NCBI GenBank assembly: GCA_050273025.1
Contig: CP158635.1
Location: forward strand, 11,780,001-11,844,000
Origin: Cenococcum geophilum
Lineage: Eukaryota
Length of the DNA stretch: 64,000 nt
Direction: 5' to 3'
In this document: positions 40,441 to 51,200 of the stretch, one piece after another
How the letters are laid out: each line of letters opens with the position of its first letter
Position numbering within the stretch: the stretch's first letter is position 1
Program-made: the position numbers and the translations under genes
Notes under the pieces: generated by a model
Seen by the model: only the letters and a program-made list of their open reading frames with translations
Database searches by the model: none
Told to the model about the DNA's origin: nothing

Positions 40441-41050
40441 TAAAAAGTAAGCTCCTTAGCGCGGTAGAAAAGGTATATTAATATAAAACGTTCTAGCTGC
40501 CGTTAATTTTAATATAAACTTTATATACGTTCTAGCTAGATAGGAAGGTACCGCTTATAACTATAAAGTTATTAATTTAGTAAAGAAGAAAGGCTTTAAA
40601 GCTCTATAAGGTTAATATTATCTTACTAATACTAGTTATTTAAATACCTTTATAACGTTAGTACTATACTAAGGCGTTTAATATTATCTTTATAAATAAG
40701 CTTAGGTAAATATAAGGCCGTAGAATATAAAGGAGCTATTTAATCTACGTTATATAGGACTAAGAAATACTATTAAGCGTACCTTTAGAGTCTTTAAGAG
40801 ATAATTTTAATACTTTAAGGCGGTAAAATAGAACTTCCCTCTAGTAATATAGATTCTTTTAGTATATATATTAATAGCGGTATATAACTTCTTAAATATG
40901 CATAATCCGGATAATCTAGAGGACTATAGTATAGTAGAGGATAAGGAGGTTAATAAGGAGGACGCGTAGATAGTAGAGGAAAAGAGTAAGGTTGCTATAA
41001 ATTAAAAATAGGACGAAATTGCAAAGCTTATATAGAGAGGCTATTGTTAG
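40441..41050 (+). pseudogene. Harbinger DDE transposase (DDE_Tnp_4/HARBI1-like), C-terminal part
   Basis: WRGRKG..TQNVLAAVDFDMNFVYVLAGWEGTAHD..YYLADAGY..LVPYQGVRYHL..KELFNLRHAGLRNTIERTFGVFKRRF after RIP reversal. Confidence 0.9.
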
Positions 41051-41342
41051 GTAATTAGGAGGCCTTTATAATATATAGGTATATAATCTATAGATAAATT
41101 ACTATACTAAATTATATATTAATACATTTTACCGCTATATAGCGCGCTTTAGAAGAGCCTTTTAATATAACGACTTCCTAATAATTATATATAGAAAAGC
41201 GGTTACTTTAATTTTGTAAAGTATATTTATAATAGGTTTAAGGATTTACTAATTTATATATAAAATCCTTACTAAAAAATAAAATTATTAATAGTAAAGT
41301 AATTATAAACGCAAAGTAAAAGCAGCTACTAATTTTAACCCT

Positions 41343-42783
41343 TAATATCTTCCTTCTTCTTTATTTTTGCCAAAGTTCTATCTATTAGTCTCTTCCGTAA
41401 CGCCCCTAATATAATTAAAAAGGTTCTTACCGTTAATTTTATTTTAAAGGCTTCTAGAATAAGCACTTAATTATTAAGGTCTATATATAAGGGTACTTTT
41501 GGTCCCTTACTCGGCTACATCCCGGGAGCTCTCAGGGGCTGCCAAGGCTAGCCTTCGGCTAGGCCTTGGCTACCCCTTATAAGCTCCTCGGGCTTGCAGC
41601 CTCCTTCCTCCCCCATCGGTTCGTCTCTGTACTTAGGCTATTGCCTACCCTCATTACCATATCGTCCTCTTCCATCAACTCCCTATGTGACTCATGCTCG
41701 GCTTGCCTGCTCCCTACCGTACACCCTGGCAATACTGCCTTACACTATATTATTAAACTTATTAAGGAACTCTACTAAGGCCTTTTCTAGAGGTAGCTTT
41801 TAACTAAAAAGCTCTTACATAGCTCTAATCTCTTTTAATATTAGCTCTATAGTCTCTCCTAGTAGGTTCTTTATCCGTTACCTATTTCTAGGTTACTAAC
41901 GCTTTATATCTAGTTTATTTAATATAGCAGCTCGTTTAGCAGCGCGTTTTCTTATAGCTAGTAAAGACTTTTAAGTAGGCGTTAATGAAGGCGTATAATA
42001 AAGGCTTAGGCCTACTAAGGACGACGATTATTAACTAGAAGGTGTAGTAGAGCGATTATTTAAGGAAATATCACTAGCTAATAAAGCTGACTGACGCTGT
42101 TTTATAAAAGATTAAGGTTTATCCTTATTAGCTACCTTATCGCCTTCCTTATTATAAGACTTATCCTCCTCGCTCCTGCCGTCCTATATAGTAGCAGCGC
42201 TTTCCTCCTCTATTAGCGTAGGATTAATTGGCGGCCCATTCTCCATTTAATTAAGAGCTTTATTAACTATAAGAGTATAGTTACCCGTTGTAACTACGCC
42301 TTAAAATAGCTTATTAACCTACTTTAGGAAAGGCGGCGGAGCGTCTTAAAACTTCGCGGCGTTAGGATTGGCTTTAAAATATCTATCTATAACATCTTTA
42401 GAGGCAACTGGTATACCTTTATTATTGTCCTACCCCTAGCTAGATTAATTATAGAGCTCCTTCTACGCCTTCTAATCCCTTTTTTAACTATTATGCTTAC
42501 TTTTAAGCTGCCGTATAGTAATTAAATATCGAGTCTTTGCCTATACGGCGTCTAGAGCTATTTACTAGCCTTCTTTCTTATACAAGCTATTTGCGCGGAG
42601 CCCTTTCCAAACAGCCTCTACTAGGCCTTTAATCATAGCTTCTTCTATTTCATAAGTCCAGCTAATACGCTGTTTCTTTATAGTTACTTGGCGAGCCGTG
42701 GGCTGTATATAAAGGGGCGGAGGGCGCGAGGAACATAGTATATGCGCATTAGTGGCAGAAGTAGGGGTGGTAGTTATTAACAA
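41343..42783 (-). pseudogene. Harbinger Myb/SANT-like DNA-binding protein, interrupted by a solo LTR
   Basis: KQRISWTYEMEEAMIEGLVEAV.KGLRADSSYKKEGW..QLKSKHD..K.DWKAWKEL..S.WGWD (ORF 42565..42783 and continuation). Confidence 0.8.
41486..41744 (+). mobile_element. Solo LTR of family F
   Basis: 259 bp, homologous to 55806-56063 and 58291-58548; TSD CTATA at 41481-85 and 41745-49. Confidence 0.95.
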
Positions 42784-44974
42784 TATAGTAATAAGACACC
42801 GAAATAAGGAGCTGGTAGTAGAGGTTCGGTAGTAGGTACGTTTTAGCAGAGGATTAATTAATGTGGGCAGAAGACGTCGCTAATTTTAAGCCTCATCTAA
42901 GGCCTTTTTAGAACGATCAACCGAACAGTCGGCTTCATTTCAGATTGAGTACGACTACCAGATTAAGCGCCACTAATTATCTACTAATTGACGCCGGCGA
43001 AAGCACAGATCAACGTCAGATTGAAAAAGCTCCAGATTGCAACCGAACACGCCCTAAGCTAGCGACTGCCAGTGGTTTAGGTTACTCGATGGTGAATATT
43101 TTTTTGGTCTTGGATTTGCTAGCAATTTTTCCTCGAGACTGCGTTCTATAGTTAATGCTGGGATAAAGAATCCCATAGGGTATGCCTTGTGGTGTACGTA
43201 TAGCACTATCGCTATTCGATGGTTCTTTGACACGGGTTGTCTAGTGAATGTAATTCGACCGCTTTGGATGATCGGATAATGGAAGCTTGCCCCCATCTTT
43301 GTGCCGCCGAGATAGCAGAAGGACTCTTTACCACTAGTCCATATATTCGGCGGTCTATCTGTATAAGTCCAAGTCGTTACACATGGCCATGTCGATCACT
43401 AGTTTGGTCCATTCCTTCGGCCCGTCAAACAGTTTTGCGCCACGGAAACGCTTTTAGTGGAGTGTGAAAGGAGCGGAGGAAAAGACCAAGGTCGGATGCG
43501 ATACGCATGGCTTTTGCTTCCCTGGTATGGGCTTGGTGATGCTTTGTCCACTTGACTGATGAGCACTCCGCGGCTAGAGAAGAAGTGACTGACGCCGTTT
43601 CCCTCGCATTGGATGTACTCCAGAAAGTGCACGATACACAAGAATGGAGAGGAGTGGAGTGAGTGCTTCGATTGTATCTGGTGGCCTGAGTTCGGCGACC
43701 TGAGCTAGCCTGGAAGGTCTAGACTGCAGTCTCAATTGGGCCCTGGCTCACCGATGTTAGCTTAAATCATGTCATTATGCAAGGCCCTAGGTATGCTGGA
43801 GTCTCTTTCTGTGTAATAATTTATGATCAGAACTTGAAAGGAGCTGGCGAGTTGCAGTTGCGGAATGCAGAAAAATTAGGGATGTGTTTAAGATTTCAAG
43901 ACATTTCCTATGAGAGCACCACGATGAGCCGAGAGACTTATGAAATGTACAAGCGAAGAGGTTACTGTAATAGGCAAGCTCTCACGAGAGGACCGCCATC
44001 AGCTTACAGTATGAGAGCCATTAGTTTATCCCAACATTGACGCGCGCCGTGTGGTGGAGCTGAAATGGAGCGAACGGTTCAATGAAAGATAATCTTATCA
44101 ATCCCGGTATTCTAGACCGAGGGGTTGGATGTGGCTTTGGACTCAGCTAGACAAGGATTAGAAATTGCATGGAACGGGGCGTGAAACAAACAAACTTCGT
44201 TCTCGCGTTTCACCGCCCCTAGATTGAAGCGAGATACAAAATCGGCAGGTGGCTGGTTGGGAGTGGATGGTAGGTAAGAATGAATAAGGCTGGCTAGAGC
44301 GGCACAGTGGGCTGATAATTGATTCATTGCATTGCAGGGTACTGCAGCATTTTCGTGGTGGCTCAGCGCATTACTCTTTGCCACGTTCTGTCGACAGCTC
44401 TAGCCACGCCGCCATCAGTTTTTCCAGAGTTGCGCAAGTGTCAATGCAACGAAGCCCCGTTCAGCTGCCGCGTACGTTCCAAGAGAAGCTAGAAAGATGA
44501 AAAATAGAAAAGTATGGGCTAGCTCCAGCGGCGCAGGGCGATGATGTCGCAGCGGTGCCTCTGCCCTGAATAATCCCTCACTTGACGCCACGTAAGCTAC
44601 TTGACCGCGGTTTGCCAACGAAGCTTGGTTGAGCTTAGAATGACTTATTGGGCAGCTAAGCAGGCATCCTCAAAGCTTGGGTGGCGCGGCAAGAGCTTGG
44701 AGAGCTTGGAGAAGGCCGAGCTTACCCCAATCAGGGATTTATTCGCCATGTGGGGCTGTGTTGGCTCGCATTGATGCGATCGGGCAGGGCTCCCTTGCAA
44801 AACGTGCATCACTAGTGGCTGTATTTGTGAACACACATTGGCTACGTTGTTGGTGGGGTTTGCGGGTTCAGGGCCTGCTGAGACGAAGTTGCAGGCAGGT
44901 GCGTTGCAGGCAGGATTTCCTGAAGGGCTGAGGACCGAGGGGGGCCGCAAGTAGATAAGGGGCGCTTCACTCGC

Positions 44975-45168
44975 TTTAAACCTGCTTTCTGACTCCACCT
45001 CCACATCAACAACCTCCAACTCATCAACAAACAACAACTTCTTCTTCGAGCCAGCCCTCAATCACTCTACAAGTAAGCTACTCATAAACCATTGACACAA
45101 TCGTACCAGGCACTGATTCAAAGGCCAGACAACTACCTCACGACCTCAAATCACTCACTTCATTCAAC
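44975..45168 (+). promoter_or_regulatory. Core promoter and 5' UTR with a 56-nt intron (45073-45128) of the CAAX-peptide gene
   Basis: TTTAAA at 44975, C/A-rich leader, GTAAGC donor 45073, ACTGAT branch-like ~45112, CAG acceptor 45126-28, TCAAC-ATG start context. Confidence 0.6.
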
Positions 45169-45285
45169 ATGCCTGCCAGCGCTGCTTCTTCCATTACCTC
45201 CATCGTCAAGCCTAAACCCATCAAGTGCGGCGAGTCCTGTGACTGCTGCGGCTGTGACGAGTCCTGCTGGTGCGTCGTCATGTAA
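45169..45285 (+). CDS. 38-aa Cys-rich CAAX-terminated peptide (a-factor-like lipopeptide pheromone precursor or prenylated metallothionein-like): MPASAASSITSIVKPKPIKCGESCDCCGCDESCWCVVM
   Basis: Intact ATG..TAA, good Kozak context, strongly C/T-ending codons, C-terminal CVVM, AATAAA at 45439-45444, lies in non-RIPped DNA. Confidence 0.8.
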   Translation: MPASAASSITSIVKPKPIKCGESCDCCGCDESCWCVVM

Positions 45286-47256
45286 GGAAATTGAAAGAGA
45301 TACCCGACTTGCGAAGGTTCATCATCGGCGGGCTATTCTATTGGCGGTGGAATACATGGTGGGATACCTGGCGGAACTTGGGTTATGGAGACACTGTCTA
45401 CTTAATCAAATCACCAATTGAGATATACCACCTCTACCAATAAACCCTTCTTTGGAGAACCCTATTTCAAATAATTGCGTCTTCATTTACGAGGTGTGAC
45501 TCAATTGTGACTTCAAAACTTGATGGCCAACATGTCTGACATTACGTCAATATGCCAAGCATAGTAGGCTATCTAATTATCTGCCAAGTGCTTCTTATCG
45601 AAAACCTCCGCTTCCAAGTCGTAATATGAGAGTACCCTAACGGTACCAAATGATCGCAGCAATCGGCCAACTGGTGTCTGTAACTTAGATAGGCTCCTAC
45701 CAGTACAACAAACCAGAAAATAGGCCTTTCTCTTCGCACAGGTTCGCGAAAAGCCGCGGGTGAAGACAGGTGTCAGAGAATCATGTTGACACATTGGTTA
45801 AGACATTATCATTCAATCAACTTCTAAGACTTTTGTTTGAACATTACAAGATTGATTACTTAGTGTTTGCTTCTCTTAACGCTGTTAGCATGTTTTGAAG
45901 CTCAAGATGGCTGGGCGCTTAACAGTGACATATCCGAGCTTCCTCCGAGTCACTTTCTTCGCCATAAAGCTTAATACCATCTTTCCGCAAATAGGCTTAA
46001 AATCAGCTCTTTCTCTCATATTTTCATGTTTTAAGGCTGAAATTACAAAGAAAAAAGAAGGAAAAAAAAGGGTGTGGCTTTTTAGGCACTCTGCCTTTTT
46101 ATACCGTGCAGCTAGGGAGCAAATTGGCAGTCCTCGTCCAGACTCTCCTCAACTACCTTTCAAAACCGCAAGAATGCTCCAACTACCAACCCGACCTCGC
46201 TAGTGTATCCGGAGTCTATGGGCAAGGTGCTGTCTTTGTTTGACTGACTAAATCCGTTGCAGCTCTTTGCCATGACGAATTCGGCGTATTGGAAGAAAAG
46301 AAACTCTACCCTGCGCATTGCTACCAAAGACCATATCGGGAATTGCTGAAACCCTCATGGTATTCCTTATCTATTTCTTGCCGGATATACTTCTATTTGG
46401 ACGTGACCGCGCGCTTCTTTGGCTCGCTAGCGCTAGCTGTCACCGAAAAGATAGTCACAGGTGGAGTGCTAAAAACTACCAGAGCTAGGAGAAACCGGTG
46501 ATCATTTGGAGGTTTCCTGGGGTTTCTATAATAATGGGCTGATATGTGCTTGGCAGTGATATGTGGTAGTTGACGGAGTGATGGACTTGCAGTTTTGCCC
46601 CTTGTCTGGCAAGTTTTGATCAAGCCATCGCTTTTAGTGTAGTCTTGCCGACTCCTATAATGCCTATTCTTTTCAAAAACTATCGAGTGGCAATGAACGG
46701 AGATGTGAATTAGTAAGTGACCTATGCACCGCTAGTCTGAGTTTCGGCGTTGAGGCAGCTGGGTTATTCTTTTAGAGACTTACGTTAGATTTGTGCAGAT
46801 ATTGGTCAGATGGCCTGCTTAAATGTACCTCGACTTAATTAGCACGCTCATGGCACGTATGGTTACTGAAATGCTGAAGATATCTTCCACGAATGCTCTC
46901 TACAAACTCAATTGGTGTCGTTTCCCCGGCCAGGATCCAGACAGTAACTCTTGGCAGTAACTTTGCTGTCCGAATCTTCTGCCAAGTTTCATTCTGCCAG
47001 TGCAAAATTAGTGGCTTAGAGCTTATTTTTTAGAGTTGTAGCTTAATTTAGCACGGTCTACCCCTAGAGGTACCTCCTCTATGCCTTGATATCTGTTGAA
47101 CGGACAATAAGGATTAGGACCCCGTCTATTAAAGAGGGCTCTAGAAGCTCTCTATATACATTAGGTAGGTCCAGGCAACTGAGACAAAATAGGTAATGAG
47201 ACGTTCGATGAGACGTTTAGTCATAAGTTAAGAGACAACTAAGACAAAGTACGTAA

Positions 47257-47788
47257 GGAAGTGTTCGGTTCGGGGTTCAGAAGCGATCTGGAGCTCCAAT
47301 CTGATCTGGAGGCGGGTGTTCGGTGTATCTGGCGACTTTTCAATCTGAAGCTCCTCCAGATCGGCAAGCGCGTCAAATTCGCACGCCATACCGTATATAG
47401 TAGTTGAACTGAAGCTCTTGGCGTCAGATCAATAAGGAGCCCTCAGTTTCGGTTCCAGATTCTAGATTGAATCTGAAGCTCTGCTCGTGCATGCGCCCAA
47501 TCGTCCACCCTACCCAGTATGCCCCCACCACCCCTCCCACCGACGATATTGCTGCTGCAGTTGCAGGCCCTATGCGACGTCTGGGTGAGTGGTGATTAAT
47601 GTGCAGAGACTTCGCTAATTCTAATTTTCATCTGAGGCTTTCTAGAGCGCTCAACCGAACACTCGGCTTCAGATCAGATCGAGTACGACTACCAGATCAA
47701 GCGCCGCTAAATATGTACTAGTTGACGCCGGTGAAAGCACGGAGCAACCTCAGATTGAAAAAACCTCAGATTGCAACCGAACACTCCC
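47257..47788. mobile_element. Tourist-like Harbinger MITE (532 bp) nested in the MULE
   Basis: 14-bp TIRs GG(A/G)AGTGTTCGGTT, TAA on both sides (47254-56, 47789-91); last ~195 bp homologous to 42858-43054. Confidence 0.92.
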
Positions 47789-47899
47789 TAAATATGATCT
47801 GGGTCGACAATATCCCGGCGCCTTTACGTCTTTGTGTCTACATCTGTCTCTACGCCTCTCTACCTAACCTCCCATAAGACGTGCAAAGAAACGCACAAG

Positions 47900-48255
47900 G
47901 AGACACTGGCAGAGATAGGGCAGAGACACGGACAGAGACACGGGCAGAGCCACGAGCAGAGCCACGAATAGAGGGAGGAGTAAAGAGAGAAGTAAAGAGA
48001 AGTAAAGAGAGAAATAAAACGGGCAGTCGAGATAGGAAAGTGGGTCGGTGGGGGTGAGTCTAGATAAACAATGCGCAGTTAATCTACAGGGTAAATTAAG
48101 GCTTAGCTTTAATATTCCCTTTCTAGACACCCCTTTCTGCCTCTACGCCTCGCACCTCTGCTCGTAGTTCTACTCGTGGCTCTACTCGTGGCTCTGCTCG
48201 TGGCTCTGCTCGTGGCTCTGCTCGTGGCTCTGCTCGTGGCTCTACTGCCCGTATC
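47900..48255. repeat. 12-bp tandem repeats in inverted arrangement (AGAGCCACGAGC / GCTCGTGGCTCT)
   Basis: Purine-rich 12-mers at ~47900-48015 and ~7 complementary copies at 48156-48245. Confidence 0.85.
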
Positions 48256-51200
48256 TCGCCCGTTGCTCACTTATATAAAAAGAGAGACACGTAGAAAGAG
48301 ACGCGTAAGGGAAAACGCGTAAAGCATAAGAAAGAGTAAAAATAGATACCGGGAAAGCTAAAATAGGCCCCGAGTAGTGTCTTGGCATCTTTTACCTGAC
48401 CAAAAGATTTGGACAGTAAAGTTACTGCCAAGAGTTACTCTCCGGATCCTGTCCGTCGTTTCCCCATGCCACAATCATAAAGGTCTTCTATCACGGTAAA
48501 GTTCTTTGAAACCGGCTATCGATATACCTGATTTTAAGCTCATTCATATTTAGTCGCCACGCTATACAAGCGACCAGTATGCCGCATAAATCTGCATTGA
48601 TTCTTAACTCAACTATGTAGATTGCGTAGTTAAGCAGAAGTTTCAATTTCTGTCAATAGTACCGCCACTACAAAGCTTGAGCTTCCCGCCAAGCTGCCCG
48701 AGTTTTCGTACCACCCAGTATTTCCTCGTCTTTAACATCCTAGATTTATATAGAAAAACTCTCAAAATAACAGTTGGAATTCCGTCTTTAATAACCAACT
48801 TTAACAATACATGCTGCAAAGTTATTTCGCTCCGGTGTCAGCCTGTCGATCCAGGTCGGGTTTTGGGACAACTTTCCCTACCACCGTCTTACTACTATCT
48901 CGGTCAGCGACTCGGTCAGCGGCTCGGTCACCAAGATAGTCTACTGTCCCTTCTTCTTATGCATACATAGAGGCTACAGAGCCACATTCAATAGACAGAG
49001 TTCTTATTCTTTTCTTATAATCGGTGCACGGACTACCAATTAACAGTTATAAGCCTGGGTGACTTGCCATATTATACCTATTGATTTAATTAATCGAACC
49101 TCTTATTAAATACTTTATTCGTCTTTGCAAGCACCTCTTAATATAACTTCTTAACCTACTCAAGCTATTACTATAATGGTAATATTATTGAGCTAAGCTA
49201 ATGTGAGGTGAGGATGTGGATAGGGAGTCCAATGATAGAACAATAGGTATATTGTATAGACAGAGACGAATCCTTAAAGGAAAAGGAGGAGTCTGTGTGC
49301 GAGGTAGGAAGGGTTTTCCCTAGGCACGTGCTCTGCACGTGCCTTACGGGCGAGTTACCCCTGGGTTGCCCTAGGGTCGCCCGTATCTTGCGGCTATATA
49401 ACTATCTACTTAGGTTTTACCTAACAATGCCCCCTCCTTTAAAAAGGGTCGTCCCCAATCCTTTATATACTTAAGCCTTAATAAAACCCTATAAAAAACC
49501 TTAGTAAGGAAAAAATTTAGAGGGAAAAAAGCGTTTTAATTTTGCGTATGGAGAGATAGGTAGTACATATACGCGGCGCGAAGATGTTAAGGAACTTTAA
49601 CCGGCGGTTAAAGTTATCTAATTAGTTAGATTTACCTTACTAAGACTCCCCCGCATTTAACTAAGCTAGTAGTAATTTTATATACCCGGTATAGAAAATC
49701 CTAATTAGTTTATTTAATAGGTAGAGCTAATAGAGCTTAATACTATTACCTAAATTTGGTAGACTAGAAGTATTCTAAAAGCTTACTTATATAGGTAGGT
49801 TGCTAGTACCTTATAGGTTAGTTATAGGTTATTTACATATAGCTAGATTTATAGACGGTAAGGCTATATACCTATTAAATCCGCCGCTAACCCTGCTTTA
49901 GCCTTATACTATACCGGCGTAGCGCTATATATACTTCGCGGGTAGGTTATAGGTTACTTATATATAGCTAGGTTTAGGACGGTAAGGCTATATACCTATT
50001 AAATCCGCTACTAGCCTATACTTTAGCCTTACGCGTTATCTATATAGTATATATATAGAATAGTATAAGTTATTAGTATAGGTTGTTACTAGTAGGTTAC
50101 TAGTAGGTTATAAACCCTAGTTAAATAGACCTCGGTTATAAATAGGCCTATTCTCTAATATATAAATAATCTGCTTAGCTAGTATAGAGTAATAGACTAG
50201 GTCTAGAAAGGGTGCTTTTTAAATTAAGCTTTATTGCTAGTATATACTATAGCCTTACTAGTATCGCCGAGTTATATTAGAGTGTAGCTTATATAGGATA
50301 TTAATAAATTAAAACTTTACCCTATATATACGCCGCAGTTCTTATAGCAATTATTACTTATTTTTTAATCCCTTAGGATATCCTCTACTTCGCTTTAATA
50401 TAGGTTATATTTTAATAGTGGCGCTTACTTTTCGCCTACGCTTTAGCTATAAGGCTAGGGTATTCCGCTTATAGTACTTATCTAATAGTTATTAACAATT
50501 CTTAAGTTCTATCTTATATTTCTATTTATTATACTAATTTAGCCATCCTAGCTATTTAATAAGGTACTGTGGTTATCTAGTATAATCCTAGTAGGCGATA
50601 ATTGCTTCTACTTCCTAGCTACCTTCCTTAAGCTCTTTTACTACTAGGGGTTAAAACCTAGGGCGTAACCTATAAGGCTCTAGTAGGGAGATATAAAAGA
50701 CTAGGTAAAGCTATACTATAGTAAGTAGGAGCTCTAGCTTATATACTTACTACCCTATACACTCTAAGATCTAAAACGGTCCTATAAACTTATAGTTAAG
50801 CTTTTTATAGGGACATTTTATATAGATATTCTTAGAGGAGAGCAGGACTTATTTACCAACGGCGAAGTGCTTGGCTAGGTAGTAACAATTATAGTATTTT
50901 ACCTAAAGCTTTTAGGCGTGCATTATTAACGCCGCCGCTACCTTATATATAAGGCGCAGGCGTTATAAATACGTCTCTATAAGTTAGATATTTATTAACT
51001 TAAACCCCTCCCTACCTTATTAGGCGTCTTAAACGCTGTCTAGAACTCTATTTAGGATGTTTAGTAGCTAGCTATAGGCGAGCTTAATAGGGGAACGCTT
51101 TATTATAGTATAAACCTTAAAGTTATAGGTAAAGGCTGCTTCTTTAAGTAGGGAGGCCTAATTAGACTATTCCTAGTTTATAAGTATATATAGGTATACC

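Larger units (their letters stand above)
40439..43054 (+). mobile_element. PIF/Harbinger DNA transposon, right part (left part displaced by gypsy A)
   Basis: Transposase C-half plus convergent Myb/SANT gene; right TIR AACCGAACACGCCC (43041-43054) followed by TAA. Confidence 0.9.
46928..48454. mobile_element. Non-autonomous Mutator-like (MULE/foldback) element
   Basis: ~51-bp TIRs (46928-46978 vs 48404-48454, 5 mismatches) flanked by an exact 11-bp direct repeat GTCGTTTCCCC (46917-27, 48455-65); no transposase. Confidence 0.85.

Noticed and set aside
41566..41803. ORFs 41566..41778 and 41594..41803, and their 'paralogues' 55876..56265 and 56006..56224
   Set aside because: Chance frames in family-F LTR sequence with non-ATG starts; similarity reflects LTR homology.
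42945..45061. Numerous 60-138 aa ORFs in the GC-balanced island
   Set aside because: Overlapping on both strands, mostly non-ATG starts, no recognisable domains or codon bias; expected by chance in ~50% GC intergenic DNA.
45092..45421. 109-aa plus-strand ORF from the track
   Set aside because: TTG start lies inside the predicted 5'-UTR intron and it is out of frame with the better-supported 38-aa CAAX ORF.
45573..46623. Downstream island ORFs, tRNA or 5S rRNA candidates
   Set aside because: No domain, splice or cloverleaf/A-B box support visible by eye.
47864..48130. 88-aa hydrophobic 'membrane protein' ORF
   Set aside because: Translation of 12-bp tandem repeats inside the MULE.
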